Positions 48,475-59,467 are shown, counted from the stretch's first letter. The stretch: DNA of 64,000 nucleotides from Bacteroidota bacterium (GCA_963169345.1 CAUJCT010000006.1:22819-86818); one strand, 5' to 3'. Program-made: numbers and translations. Notes: generated by a model not told the origin, from the letters alone.

Positions 48475-50069
48475 GCCCACTTTCTGGGTCTTAATCCAAT
48501 AATCTGAGCTGTTACAACAGTATCAATATACACTTTCGAAAATTCCCAGGAGGGTTTATTGTAATATGAATTATACATCGATGCAAAATTGTGCACCGAA
48601 AAGAAAGTGCCAATTGTAGGTTTGTAAGTGTATTCTCCAATTTCTTTTATGATTGTACCTGTGTCCAGTACTTGTTTTGAAATATGCCTTGGAAAAACAA
48701 TCTCATCTCCTAATTCCACTACCGAAGAATCCTTAGAATAAAATTTAAAACCCTGCTGTTTGGCATACCATTGCCAGCCCCAATGCCCTACTGTCCATGC
48801 GCCTGGTTTTACTTTAACTTTAGCCGGCATGGTTCTGTAAAAATCGGCATACATCCAATCTGAAATACCGAGTACTATTCCAAGAAAAGCAACAGAAAAC
48901 AAGGCGTTTTTCCAAATAGAACCAAGACTTAAATTAAGCACCGGCAACATCAATAAAAACAAAAACGGCATCAGTAACAACAAGTGTCTTGTGGCCATAA
49001 ATGGCGCATACAACAACAAGAACAGGGTCATTGCTCCCAGCATAATGGTCAATATGGCAAATGGAAAATGTGGTTCAATTTGTTTATCGACTGCTATTGC
49101 TTTAATACCTTTAACCAAATAGATCAGCAAAGCTAAAACCATAAAGGCACCTATGACTATAAAAATACCATTTAGTATAGTGTTCGCCGGATGTATTTGA
49201 ATCTTTTCAAAATAAACCAAAATTGAAAATGTTCCGAATGCTATCATGAACAATAAGGATAAATAAACCCAGATTCTGGATGGCTTAATACCATTCCAAA
49301 ATAAAAATGGGATTGGCAATACACTGCCTATGCAAGATAATAAAGCAATCAACTGCTCATAAACTAATTTCAATGAAATCTCATTCTTAGGACGGTCCTG
49401 AATATGCACACCTCCGTATTCCAGTTTATTCCAGGCTGTCCAAAGTAAAAGCATGAAAACAGGTATAAAAACAATCGGAATAAGTATGAATTCTTTTCGG
49501 ATGACTAAGCCAATGATTGCAGCCAAAAGCAAAGGAATCATCGAATATTTAATCAACAAGGCAGCACCTAAAAACAACATTGAGATGATTAGATTTTTCT
49601 TTCGATGTTCATTTTGCATATAGTGATACAAAAAGCCCATTTCAAATGACAAAATTGGAATATCAGTCATCAGATTTTGATTGACTATAAAAGCAGGGCA
49701 AAGGGCAAAAATAGACAAAAGATAATATCTGTGCCGGGAATTAAAATGCAGGAGTAAACGGTTAAAATACCAGATAGAAAGCCAGCAGAAAAAAGCAATA
49801 ATAAGATGCAGAACCGGTTCGCTGTACCCAAACAATCCTCCAACGATGGCAATTAAAAAAAACAGAAGCGGAGGCTGATTGAAATGGTGCATATCCTCGT
49901 TGTTATCGTACCAGTTAATTTGTCCTGACATAGGAGTAAGAGGATGTTGCCAGATCCATTGTGCCGACTCCAAATGAAAGGCATCGTCGATATGATACGC
50001 TTTATTGATATTAATAGCAGTTACTATCAAACACAACCCGAGTATAAGCCAATTGTCTTTCAGTTTCAT
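48462..50069 (-). CDS. Polytopic membrane glycosyltransferase (GT39/GT83, ArnT/PMT-like)
   Basis: 535 aa with 12 or more TM helices. N-terminal loop with an HxDDAFH-like motif (YHIDDAFHLES). Family assignment is tentative. Confidence 0.45.
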   Translation of the reverse strand: MKLKDNWLILGLCLIVTAININKAYHIDDAFHLESAQWIWQHPLTPMSGQINWYDNNEDMHHFNQPPLLFFLIAIVGGLFGYSEPVLHLIIAFFCWLSIWYFNRLLLHFNSRHRYYLLSIFALCPAFIVNQNLMTDIPILSFEMGFLYHYMQNEHRKKNLIISMLFLGAALLIKYSMIPLLLAAIIGLVIRKEFILIPIVFIPVFMLLLWTAWNKLEYGGVHIQDRPKNEISLKLVYEQLIALLSCIGSVLPIPFLFWNGIKPSRIWVYLSLLFMIAFGTFSILVYFEKIQIHPANTILNGIFIVIGAFMVLALLIYLVKGIKAIAVDKQIEPHFPFAILTIMLGAMTLFLLLYAPFMATRHLLLLMPFLFLLMLPVLNLSLGSIWKNALFSVAFLGIVLGISDWMYADFYRTMPAKVKVKPGAWTVGHWGWQWYAKQQGFKFYSKDSSVVELGDEIVFPRHISKQVLDTGTIIKEIGEYTYKPTIGTFFSVHNFASMYNSYYNKPSWEFSKVYIDTVVTAQIIGLRPRKWAHSK

Positions 50070-50123
50070 TAATGCAGCGAAGATAGTAAAAAGCAGAAAG
50101 ATGTTAAGGCGTGTAGCTTCGCT

Positions 50124-50171
50124 GTTAAGTCGTTAAGTTGTTAAGTCGTTAAGTTGTTAAGTCGTTAAGTC
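50124..50171. repeat. Six tandem copies of the octamer GTTAAGTY in a divergent intergenic region
   Basis: gttaagtc gttaagtt gttaagtc gttaagtt gttaagtc gttaagtc, read directly from the sequence. Confidence 0.8.
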
Positions 50172-50434
50172 GTAGGGCTTGTCGATTATCTAAAAGATTG
50201 TACGTAATCAAAGTCCCGGAGGGACGACGGTTTCATTTCCTCAATCTATCCGTGCGTTCCGTTTGCGCAAGCAAACCACTGCCGTGTCAAATGCTTCCGT
50301 ACTAGACGGGACAGGAAAAAATTTTCTGTGTTTTCTGTGTGTTCTTTCCAAGTTCTGCGATCTACCTCCCAATATTGCAACCTACCTCCTAACAGCCTCG
50401 ACACAATTCAGCCTTTCAGCCTTTAAATTCTTTC

Positions 50435-52570
50435 TTGTATCTTCGCCTCATGAAAATCCAATCAAGACATTTTCTCTGGCTTCTTGCCCTTATAATTGTT
50501 TTGCCTTCGCACAAATTTGAAGAGGGCATGTTCCCTTTGAGTCAATTGAATCAAGTCGATTTCCAAAAGGCCGGATTTAAGATTTCACAAAATGATATTT
50601 ACAATCCAAATGGTATTGCTTTAACAGATGCACTCGTCCGTTTGGGTGGCTGCACAGGTTCGTTTATTTCTGAAGAAGGATTGATTATTACCAATCACCA
50701 TTGTGTCTTCGGAAGTGTCGCTGCTTTAAGTTCGAAAGATAATGACTATCTTGAAAATGGATTCTATGCTTCAGATAAAACCAAAGAGTTGAAAACAGGA
50801 CTTACTTGTAAAATCACTAAAAGCTATGAAGATGTCAGCATCAAAGTTTTGGATGGTATCAATCTGAGTACCGAACCTGCTCAAAAAAAGGAGATGATCA
50901 ATAAAAACATCTCAGCACTCATAAAATCAGAACAGGCTCTTCACCCTGAACTCAGCATAGAAGTTAGCGAAATGTTGATGGGTTATAGCTATACCTTGTT
51001 CCGTTATCAGGTTTTAAAAGATGTCAGACTGGTGTATGTACCTCCAAGGACTATTGGTGAGTTTGGTGGTGAAACAGATAATTGGGAATGGCCAAAACAT
51101 ACAGGCGATTTCAGCATAGTACGCGCTTATGTTGGCAAAGATGGTCAACCAGCAGATTACAATGCCGACAATGTGCCTTATAAGCCAAAAAAGCACCTTA
51201 AAATTAATCAAAAAGGCACTCGCAAAAACGACCTAGTATTCATTTTAGGTTATCCTGGTACTACATACAGAAACGAACCTTATCAATACATCCAGTACCA
51301 ACAGGATTATATCTTACCATTTATTTCAGAATGGTATGGATGGCGCATGAATACGATGGAAGAACTTGGCAAAACAGACAGAAACCGCTACTTAAAACTG
51401 GCAGGTACTATTAAAGGATTAGCCAATACTAAAAAGAATTTTGAAGGTAAAATCTTTGGACTGGCGCAAACCGGTTTGTTACAAACTAAGAGAAACGAAC
51501 AACTTCAATTGATGGAAAACATGAAAGCTGAAGGAGGCAATACAGGCTTCTTCCGTCAAATAGACAGCATATACGCCATTCGTTTGGCTCATGCTAAAAA
51601 AGATCTTTTGTTGACGCGATTCACCGCCGATTGCAATGCTCTGGCAATTGCTTTAACAATTGAACAAAATACACCTAAAAAATTGCCTTCTCCAAGTGAT
51701 ACCACATTCTGGAACAAATGGAAAACTGACATGCTGGCTAAAACAAAACGATTGGCTGTTTCAGATATAGAACTGGATAAATTAACCTTGGGTGAGTTGA
51801 TCAGACGAGCTAATACTTTGCCTAAAAAGGACAAAGTAAAAGTGTTGTCTAAAATCAAAAAGCCATTTGAATGGGTAGAAAAAGCCTACCATGAATCGTA
51901 TTTGGATAACAATGCCGCCTTCAGACGTTACCTGGACAGTGTTCCCTGGGAGGTTTGTAAAAAAAGTGAAAGACTGAGAAAACTTGCTAAAGGTTTGATT
52001 CCAACATTTACAGAGATAGACGAGAGAAGTCGCTACATTGGCAACAGTATGGGCGTTCTGCTGCCTAAACTGATGGAAGCCAAAATCAATTATGGCAACA
52101 AGAAGTTTATTCCGGATGCCAATGCTACATTGCGTTTTACTTATGGGTATATTAAAGCCTATAAAGAAGGATTAAACAAACATCCTGAACCGTATACTTT
52201 CAGAAAGGAAATCTTTGAAAAAAATGCTACTGATAATGTCGACTACAGAATCACTCCTGAAGTAAAGAGCATGCTTCAGATGCAAACTGTAGCTCCTGAA
52301 CTGCTGGACCCTGAAACCAATGATTTGGTCTTGTGTATGCTGTATAACCTCGATACGACTGGAGGCAACAGTGGCAGCCCTGTTATGGATGCAAACGGTG
52401 ATTTAGTTGGTGTCAATTTTGACAGAGCATATACGGCTACTTTAAATGATTTCAGCTGGAACGAAGACTACAGTCGAAGTATTGCAGTAGACATCAGATA
52501 CGTCATTTACACAATGAAGTATTTAAACAATGCCAATAACCTTTTGAACGAAATGGGAGTCAAGCTCTGA
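50435..52570 (+). CDS. S46-family serine peptidase (dipeptidyl-peptidase DPP7/DPP11-like)
   Basis: N-terminal catalytic His block GCTGSFISEEGLIITNHHC. C-terminal Ser block GGNSGSPVMDANGDLVGVNFD. Signal peptide (the start could be the internal MKIQSRHF…). Confidence 0.8.
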   Translation: MYLRLMKIQSRHFLWLLALIIVLPSHKFEEGMFPLSQLNQVDFQKAGFKISQNDIYNPNGIALTDALVRLGGCTGSFISEEGLIITNHHCVFGSVAALSSKDNDYLENGFYASDKTKELKTGLTCKITKSYEDVSIKVLDGINLSTEPAQKKEMINKNISALIKSEQALHPELSIEVSEMLMGYSYTLFRYQVLKDVRLVYVPPRTIGEFGGETDNWEWPKHTGDFSIVRAYVGKDGQPADYNADNVPYKPKKHLKINQKGTRKNDLVFILGYPGTTYRNEPYQYIQYQQDYILPFISEWYGWRMNTMEELGKTDRNRYLKLAGTIKGLANTKKNFEGKIFGLAQTGLLQTKRNEQLQLMENMKAEGGNTGFFRQIDSIYAIRLAHAKKDLLLTRFTADCNALAIALTIEQNTPKKLPSPSDTTFWNKWKTDMLAKTKRLAVSDIELDKLTLGELIRRANTLPKKDKVKVLSKIKKPFEWVEKAYHESYLDNNAAFRRYLDSVPWEVCKKSERLRKLAKGLIPTFTEIDERSRYIGNSMGVLLPKLMEAKINYGNKKFIPDANATLRFTYGYIKAYKEGLNKHPEPYTFRKEIFEKNATDNVDYRITPEVKSMLQMQTVAPELLDPETNDLVLCMLYNLDTTGGNSGSPVMDANGDLVGVNFDRAYTATLNDFSWNEDYSRSIAVDIRYVIYTMKYLNNANNLLNEMGVKL

Positions 52571-52576
52571 TTTAAC

Positions 52577-54454
52577 TCAGAGCCTGACAAATTTAGCCGA
52601 ACATTGTTCAGCCCCATTATACACCGTTATCAGTAGCATGCCTTTATGCAATTCTGCATTTAAAGGAAGTGTTGCCATTCCATTGACGAATTCGATATCT
52701 GAATCGAAAATATGTTTTCCTGTAATATCAGTTAATACAACCTGTAATGATTTATTCTGAACCATTGGGTATTGTATAAAAAGGAGATTATCTCCTACCT
52801 GTAAATTAATCTCAGTTTGCTGAGTTGGTTCTTCTATAAACGTGGACCAGTCACTGGTTATTCCTGATGTATTTATATGTCTTAATTTGTAGGCTATTCC
52901 ATTGCTGGCCTGGTTCAATTCAGAAATATCCATAACTTCAACTGTGTAATAGTTTGAATACCCATCCACAATCTGGCTTTTTATCAATACTTCCTCACCA
53001 TTAAAAGGATCTATTCGGTACAATTCAAATTTTTCACCTGCTTTGACTTCACTGGCTAACCATGAAACACGGACACCTTTTTCAGTTCTTTTCGCTTCAA
53101 AATTTAACAGTTTAACCGGAAGGCTTGTCAATACATTCACTTTCGCAAAGGCATTGGCTACAACATCATTGCCAACATAAGCATAGACAAAATTTGTGTC
53201 TCCAAAGCCTGCCAGGGAAGACACTTGAATACTATAAATCAATTTGATTGAATCCTGTTTTGGAATCACCCATGAATATACATTTGCAGATAATTGTTTA
53301 TGTCCATTGAAGTACAAATAATTGGTATCCTGAAAAGCTGGATAGGAGGTACAATTGGCATAAGTAACCAGTCTTGGAAAAATACCAGTATTGGTTTCCA
53401 GATATCTGAAATTAAAATCGCGGGGTAATTTATCTATCAGTCTGTCAATGGTCACATCTGTCAGAGTACTTGTATTTCTGATCACAATCGTATAAGACAA
53501 GGTATCGTTTACCAGGTTGTTAATTTTACTGGCTCTTTTTGTCATTGTGATTGGATTGGTGGGTACAGATGTTCCTGTAAATGCAGTAGTATTGGCTTGC
53601 CACCTTTGAGAAGAGCCAGCGTCTGAAACAACAAATGGCACTATATTGGAAGAAGTTAAACCGGTAGTTGCCTGTGTGATTTTTAAATACCATTCTATAG
53701 TCACAGTCCCACCCGAGGGTAGATTTGAAGTAATACTATTGGAATAATGTGTATTGGTTAAATTAACTGGAAAATCTGCTGTAATTGTTGATGCTGTTAT
53801 CTTGCAACCCATAATAGAATAACCAGCAGGAAAGGTATTAAGAGTGCTCAATTCCATATCAATAATGTTAGAAGGTTTAACATTAGATATGCTATAGGCT
53901 ACAGATATAGTAGTTTGAGTACCTACAGTGTTGGTACTTGTTGCCAGAATATTAATGGTATTGTTATTGGAATTTCTCAGCACATAAATTTGTCTATTAA
54001 AACTGTTGGTTAGAGAACCGGTATTGATATCCGAAGATCGGGTATTGAGTGTCAGATAATCCGTTGTAATATTCGTATTATTGGGATACATCAGGCAATT
54101 GTATCCGACAAAGAAAAATGCAGTTACAGAATCACCAGCGGGAATATCTCCCATATAAAGAGTAGTACTCGTGCGGCAAGTGAAAGAAGGCGTTCCGGAG
54201 GTATAAGAAACACCACCTGTTGGCACAAATGTTAATCCTGTTAATTCAAACTTAAAATTCTGAATTAGAGAGCCCTTGGTGTTTTTGATTCTAAAAGACA
54301 CTACTTTACCCTGAGGTCCACCGACTGTACAGGAATTATCCAGCCAAAAATAGCCCGATATTAATCTAACATTGACATCTCCTGAGCTAAGTGCATAGCT
54401 GTTGGAGGTGAAGGTCGCTGCGACCATTACCAGAATTAAATTTAAGAATCTCAT
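52577..54454 (-). CDS. Secreted hypothetical protein (625 aa), probable T9SS cargo
   Basis: Signal peptide MRFLNLILVMVAATFTSNSYA. C-terminal region (about 70 aa) with Por_Secre_tail-like alternation …IQYPMVQNKSLQVVLTDITGKHIF…GMLLITVYNGAEQCSAKFVRL. Confidence 0.55.
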   Translation of the reverse strand: MRFLNLILVMVAATFTSNSYALSSGDVNVRLISGYFWLDNSCTVGGPQGKVVSFRIKNTKGSLIQNFKFELTGLTFVPTGGVSYTSGTPSFTCRTSTTLYMGDIPAGDSVTAFFFVGYNCLMYPNNTNITTDYLTLNTRSSDINTGSLTNSFNRQIYVLRNSNNNTINILATSTNTVGTQTTISVAYSISNVKPSNIIDMELSTLNTFPAGYSIMGCKITASTITADFPVNLTNTHYSNSITSNLPSGGTVTIEWYLKITQATTGLTSSNIVPFVVSDAGSSQRWQANTTAFTGTSVPTNPITMTKRASKINNLVNDTLSYTIVIRNTSTLTDVTIDRLIDKLPRDFNFRYLETNTGIFPRLVTYANCTSYPAFQDTNYLYFNGHKQLSANVYSWVIPKQDSIKLIYSIQVSSLAGFGDTNFVYAYVGNDVVANAFAKVNVLTSLPVKLLNFEAKRTEKGVRVSWLASEVKAGEKFELYRIDPFNGEEVLIKSQIVDGYSNYYTVEVMDISELNQASNGIAYKLRHINTSGITSDWSTFIEEPTQQTEINLQVGDNLLFIQYPMVQNKSLQVVLTDITGKHIFDSDIEFVNGMATLPLNAELHKGMLLITVYNGAEQCSAKFVRL

Positions 54455-54887
54455 TGTTATTTTGGGTTATTTGTGTAAACTTATTGATGGGTTCTTTTGA
54501 ATCAACTTCAATGATGATGGATTGGTATTTAGAAAAGCTTATAAATGTAAAATCATGACTTGCATCATGAGATTTATTACTTAATACATTGTAATAAAAT
54601 CCTTTACAGAATAATATTGAACTTTTATCCAACATGTTGATTTGAAAACCTTATTCAATTTAATAAAAATTTGAAATAAAAAATAAATTAAAGAATTAAT
54701 GTATATCTAGTTGATTTTGTGCGCATTAAACTTATATTCTTTGACTAATACCTTTTCAATTAGCATCGATTTTGGATAAAAATGAGCAGAAAATACAGAC
54801 CTGGCGAATTTTATAAACTGAATTTTCAGTATCAACAATCTGAAATTTAAGTTCTTGTATTAAAAATTAATTTGTGTAAAAATACCA

Positions 54888-54924
54888 TAAAAAAAACCGC
54901 TTCAAAATTGAAGCGGTTTTTTAG
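54888..54924. terminator. Rho-independent terminator downstream of the 54959..56185 gene
   Basis: A8-CCGCTTCAA-AAT-TGAAGCGG-T6. Confidence 0.8.
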
Positions 54925-54958
54925 ATCGATTTTGTGTATGTATTAAAAGTGCTTTGAT

Positions 54959-56185
54959 TTATTTCTTTACAAATTTGCTCATTTCGCTTTGACCATTGTT
55001 GTTTGTAACTTTCACGAAATACACGCCAGTTGAAAGGTTACTAAGATCGAAGCTTACAGAACTCATACCGTTGATTTCATCACCGCTGGTGCTATTGAGT
55101 ACTTTACCAAAAGCATCAACAACTTCTACAGTGATATCACCTTCAGATACTGTGTTAAGATTAACATTCAGGATATCGTTGCAAGGGTTAGGATAAATGC
55201 TGTTGATACCGGCAACTGAGTTTCCTTTAGCAGCGATGTATAAAGCATGTGTCCATGAAGCTGAACCATCGTTATCTACAACTTTAATTTTGTAGAAAGA
55301 AGCAACACCGGCTTCAGCTGATAAGTCAGCATACTCATAAGACTGAACAGCAGTTGAGTTACCAATAGCTTCTACTAAACCTACAACTTCGTAGTTGATA
55401 CCGTCATTAGATCTGTAGATTTCGAAATGATTGGTATTCTTTTCAGAAGTAGTTTTCCAGGAAACAGTGTTTGTGCTGTTTTTAACAGAAGCCTGCAAGT
55501 CGATCATTTCAACCGGAAGTACAATGTTCAAAGGATTGAAAGGCTTAAAGTAGAAAGAGAATTGACGGGTTGTAGAAGAGCTAGACTGACGACCAACAAT
55601 ACCCACTCTCATAGTATAAGAACTGGTGTTGGTGAAGTCATTCTGTGACATTGCAATAAAATTGGTTGTGTCTATATTAGAGAATGTCAAAGTTGAACTG
55701 ATGAAGGTATTGAAAAGAGAACTTGTTACTTTAGATATTGTAGAACCGATGATGCCTCTTGGAGTAGAAGAAGAAGGCACAGCATACATTTCTCTGTATG
55801 AACCGATACCGTTTCCATCTAAGTCTACAGCAGTCATAGCAAATCTTGGAACAGAATGAGCATTGCTGTTGTTGTTGTTTTTAACGAAAGAGATTCTAAA
55901 TGTAATATAAGATGAATCTGTAGAATTGTTGGCTCTGCCAAAAGTGATGAAAGGATTCCATGCATTTCTATAAATGGATGAATCATCAATATTACTTAAA
56001 GTTGCGTTTTTTGTTCCTACTACACTTACTATAGCATCAACTCCTGATATTACGTGTGTAAATCTGAAATTAATGTTATCAGAAGTTGTTGGCTTTCTGA
56101 AATTAAGAATTGAGTAAGACTGGGCAAAAGCGTTACCACTTAACAATAGTGCGATTAAGACGATAACTAAATTTGACTTTTTCAT
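54959..56185 (-). CDS. Secreted T9SS cargo protein (408 aa) with an FN3/Ig-like module; paralog of 57788..59023
   Basis: Signal peptide …LLSGNAFAQ. Shared blocks with the paralog (VDLDGNGIGSYREM, TTRQFSFYFKPF). C-terminal Por_Secre_tail IYPNPCNDILNVNL…GVYFVKVTNNNGQSEMSKFVKK. Confidence 0.75.
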   Translation of the reverse strand: MKKSNLVIVLIALLLSGNAFAQSYSILNFRKPTTSDNINFRFTHVISGVDAIVSVVGTKNATLSNIDDSSIYRNAWNPFITFGRANNSTDSSYITFRISFVKNNNNSNAHSVPRFAMTAVDLDGNGIGSYREMYAVPSSSTPRGIIGSTISKVTSSLFNTFISSTLTFSNIDTTNFIAMSQNDFTNTSSYTMRVGIVGRQSSSSTTRQFSFYFKPFNPLNIVLPVEMIDLQASVKNSTNTVSWKTTSEKNTNHFEIYRSNDGINYEVVGLVEAIGNSTAVQSYEYADLSAEAGVASFYKIKVVDNDGSASWTHALYIAAKGNSVAGINSIYPNPCNDILNVNLNTVSEGDITVEVVDAFGKVLNSTSGDEINGMSSVSFDLSNLSTGVYFVKVTNNNGQSEMSKFVKK

Positions 56186-57704
56186 TTTGTGTATTTTTTT
56201 GTGTAATCCTGTTTAATAAATCAACAGTACAAATATAGTACTAAAATACTAATTGCAAAAATTTTTCTAAAAATGTTTATTTTTCCATAATAGTCTGTTT
56301 TTCAGCATATTTAATTCATTTTTATGGGTCAATTTACACACTTTTACACAACTGAGTAGAAAATACTAGGCGAAAAAACGTCAGATTTTTGCCCAAAACT
56401 CGAAAAAGCTTGTAAAACCTACATAAAATTAGACAAGTTTTGAACACTATGGACAAATATAAGGTATATTTCCACTATAAAAGACTGATTTTGTGTTATT
56501 AAAATAGAGTGTTTTTACCCTTAAAACAGGGAAAAACTAGTATTTACACCCCTGTTGATAAACCGGATTCCAATGTTTCTATAGGATTAAACTAAAATAA
56601 AATGATGTATATCTATTTCTTTTTCAACACATTAAGTACTAATAATCAATTAATGAAACGCCTGGGTACCTGAAAAAAAACGACTATCTGATCCATTTGC
56701 GCAAATTACTTAGTGTAATTTACCATAAGTGATTATTCTCTGTAAATAAAGCATTTCGGTCTAAAATGGATTCTTAAACAATACGTATCAAAATCTATAA
56801 TGGGTATTAAAAGTGAAAACCAGTTTACTTCCACAAATGATAATTTCATGATTCCTTCAAAATACAATTTACAGATAATTCATGTATTTAATTCATTATT
56901 AATGTATTACAAAAATCTGAGTAAAGAAGCAATTTGCGTTAAAACAGCTCGCTATATCGTCGTATTACACTGATTAACATAGAAATAAATTGATAAATAG
57001 TGCTTCCATGCTAGCTTGAAAAGGGGAAAATTTGAAATATTTGACTTAATATTTGATTTCAATTCTATTTATTCAAAATTTACAAATTAACTATTTGCTT
57101 CATTTTCTGCAATTTGCGAATATGACTCAAATTGAACCTTTTTATATATATTCATGGAAATTCTCTCTATTTAATTGATTTTGTACTATTTAAATCTAAA
57201 ATTATTGCTTCTCAATTATTTCAGTAAAAACTCAGAATTTGAAACTCCCAGCTGAATATTCCATTTAGTAATTATTCACTCTTAGCTGAGCGCCCTCTGA
57301 TCCTGGGTAACTTTTTCCTGCTCTGTAATACCTTTCCCTATATAACAATGCCCTAGATGCTATTGCTTCTTATTAACAGAAAAGGCTTAATGACTCCCTT
57401 ATTTATATAAATAGTTTCTTTGATATATTTATACCTATATATATATAAGTGTAGTTTGAATCTGCATCATCATAGTTTCCGAAGCTATTTATAAAGGACG
57501 CAGGCTGGTCAATAACCCTTGAAATCAAATGGACCTATAGCTTTGATAAACCTGGAGCTTTAGGTGAGCCCTATGTTTTCTTTAAATAACAGCCTGTAAA
57601 GTGTTCTTGAGTTGATTGGCCCTCGTCATGAAATAAAACCTTCTCTTAGAATTAGGGCATCAATGAACTTTTGGTCTCGCCTGAATCTCTCTCAGAGTAC
57701 TTCA

Positions 57705-57744
57705 TAAAAAAAGCGCCTCTATAAAAGAGGCGCTCTAATTTTAA
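57705..57744. terminator. Rho-independent terminator downstream of the 57788..59023 gene
   Basis: A7-GCGCCTCT-ATAAA-AGAGGCGC-TCTAATTTT. Confidence 0.75.
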
Positions 57745-57787
57745 TACATATAACAGAAGGACTATCTCCAAATAGTCCGGGATAACC

Positions 57788-59023
57788 TTATTGTTTAACC
57801 CATTTACTGTTGCCAATTAACTGACCATCAGCAACTATTTTAACCATGTAAATTCCAGCAGATACAGCGCTCAAATCAATTGAAACGGTTTCATTCATAG
57901 CATCATAGCTTCCTGAATAAGCTACTTTACCAAACATATCCAATACAGTTACTTCAGCTTCGCCATCGTAATCGGTTTGAATCTGTAGCAAACCATTAGA
58001 TGGATTTGGCTGCATTGTAATTGTATTTGTCAATGCCGGAGCATTTAAATCGAGGGTATTGGTAAATGACCAGGTTACTTTTCCATCCAAATCAACCAGT
58101 TTCAGTTTATAGAAAGCACGTGCAGATGTGGTTTTATTGTAATCCATCCACTCATATTGAGTCAGGGTACCATTGAAGCCAGAAGCTACAGTTGCAACGG
58201 ATTCAAACTGAACACCATCATAAGATCTGTAAACTTCATAATGGCTGAAATTTCTTTCTTCGGAAGCCGACCAGTTCAATTTAACAAAACCATCCTGTAA
58301 TTGAGTTGTGAAATTGGTCAGGTGCACAGGCAAAGCTACTGGCAATGCGAAGCTTTTGAAGTAGAAAGAAAACTGACGGGTGGTACCATTACCAACCGGA
58401 CCTACCACCCCTACTCTCATATAGAAGGTATTGGTGGTATTAGGAAAGTTCATCTGACCCATAGCGGCCAGATTATTGGTATCTATATTATTAAAGGTAG
58501 CCGGACCACTTTTAAACAAAAGCCAGCGGGCATCTTCAAAAACTGAGATTGTAGAGTTGTTGACACCCATTGGAGTACCTGGTCTCGAAATCTTTACCAT
58601 TTCCCTGTAAGTGTTTCCTGTTCCATTTCCATCACAATCTACTATGGTCATAGCCATACAAGACTGATTTACCAGAGGATTTCCTGTACCGGTTGATTTG
58701 AATTCCACTTTGAATTCGATGTAACTGGTGTCAGTAGAATTGGATCTGGAATTAGGGAAAGTGACAAATGGTTGCCATGCCACTGAGTAAGGAGAATTCA
58801 CATCCACATTGCTATTGTTAATGGATGCATTTTGAAGTTTAGTAATAGTAACGACAGCATTCACATTGGTCAGCACATTAGAAAAGGTGTAAGTCGAATT
58901 GACACTGCCGTTTCCGGAACTGGACATGTTGTTGAATCTGTAAATTGGGGGTTCACATACGCCTTGAGCATGGATAGAAATAGCGCTCAAAACGCTTAAA
59001 AGTGTAATAAAAAATTGTTTCAT
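57788..59023 (-). CDS. Secreted T9SS cargo protein (411 aa); paralog of 54959..56185
   Basis: Signal peptide …AISIHAQ. VDCDGNGTGNTYREM and TTRQFSFYFKSF blocks. C-terminal Por_Secre_tail …MQPNPSNGLLQIQ…AGIYMVKIVADGQLIGNSKWVKQ. Confidence 0.75.
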   Translation of the reverse strand: MKQFFITLLSVLSAISIHAQGVCEPPIYRFNNMSSSGNGSVNSTYTFSNVLTNVNAVVTITKLQNASINNSNVDVNSPYSVAWQPFVTFPNSRSNSTDTSYIEFKVEFKSTGTGNPLVNQSCMAMTIVDCDGNGTGNTYREMVKISRPGTPMGVNNSTISVFEDARWLLFKSGPATFNNIDTNNLAAMGQMNFPNTTNTFYMRVGVVGPVGNGTTRQFSFYFKSFALPVALPVHLTNFTTQLQDGFVKLNWSASEERNFSHYEVYRSYDGVQFESVATVASGFNGTLTQYEWMDYNKTTSARAFYKLKLVDLDGKVTWSFTNTLDLNAPALTNTITMQPNPSNGLLQIQTDYDGEAEVTVLDMFGKVAYSGSYDAMNETVSIDLSAVSAGIYMVKIVADGQLIGNSKWVKQ

Positions 59024-59442
59024 TTTGTAAGTGCGTGTTTCAACGCAAAGATAGAGTAAAAAATACTAAAAATATCGAGTTATCAACATTTTTTAGATTT
59101 TTAAACACTTGATTTACAGAATATAAGACATTCTGATATTTTAATTTTGTGCATTTATTCTAAAAATATGTAAAAAATACTAGTTTTTTTATGATTTTTA
59201 GAGAAAATTTGATAATTCTTTTGGTTGTAAAATTGGCTTAGAAGTGTTGTTAGACTAGCACCTATGACAACTAGGGTCAAAATTAAAATTCACCTGTAAG
59301 TTTAAACAAATGGGTCTATAAAAGTAACCTGAAATCAACAACCCGAATTGATGGAGTTGACACAGCTTTTTTTAAATTGAATTTGTAGTTAATAGAGAAG
59401 GATTGGATCAGCAGAATGAATAAAAAAAAAAGACAAAAAAAA

Positions 59443-59467
59443 CACCAGAACTGTAACAATTCTGGTG
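59443..59467 (-). terminator. Rho-independent terminator after the 84-aa ORF (minus strand)
   Basis: CACCAGAA-TTGTTACAG-TTCTGGTG, followed on the minus strand by a T8-rich run. Confidence 0.6.

Noticed and set aside
50124-50171. Octamer tandem repeat considered as a CRISPR array
   Set aside because: Units are 8 bp with no spacers, and no cas genes are present. It is a microsatellite-like tract.
50263-50520. 85-aa ORF in the repeat-rich intergenic region, overlapping the peptidase start
   Set aside because: Composed of tandemly duplicated short motifs and overlaps the better-supported S46 peptidase start.
54387-54635. 82-aa minus-strand ORF between T9SS genes. Also small ORFs 62385..62600 and 63612..63875.
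   Set aside because: Short, AT-rich and low-complexity translations in promoter or intergenic DNA, or antisense to a better-supported ORF.
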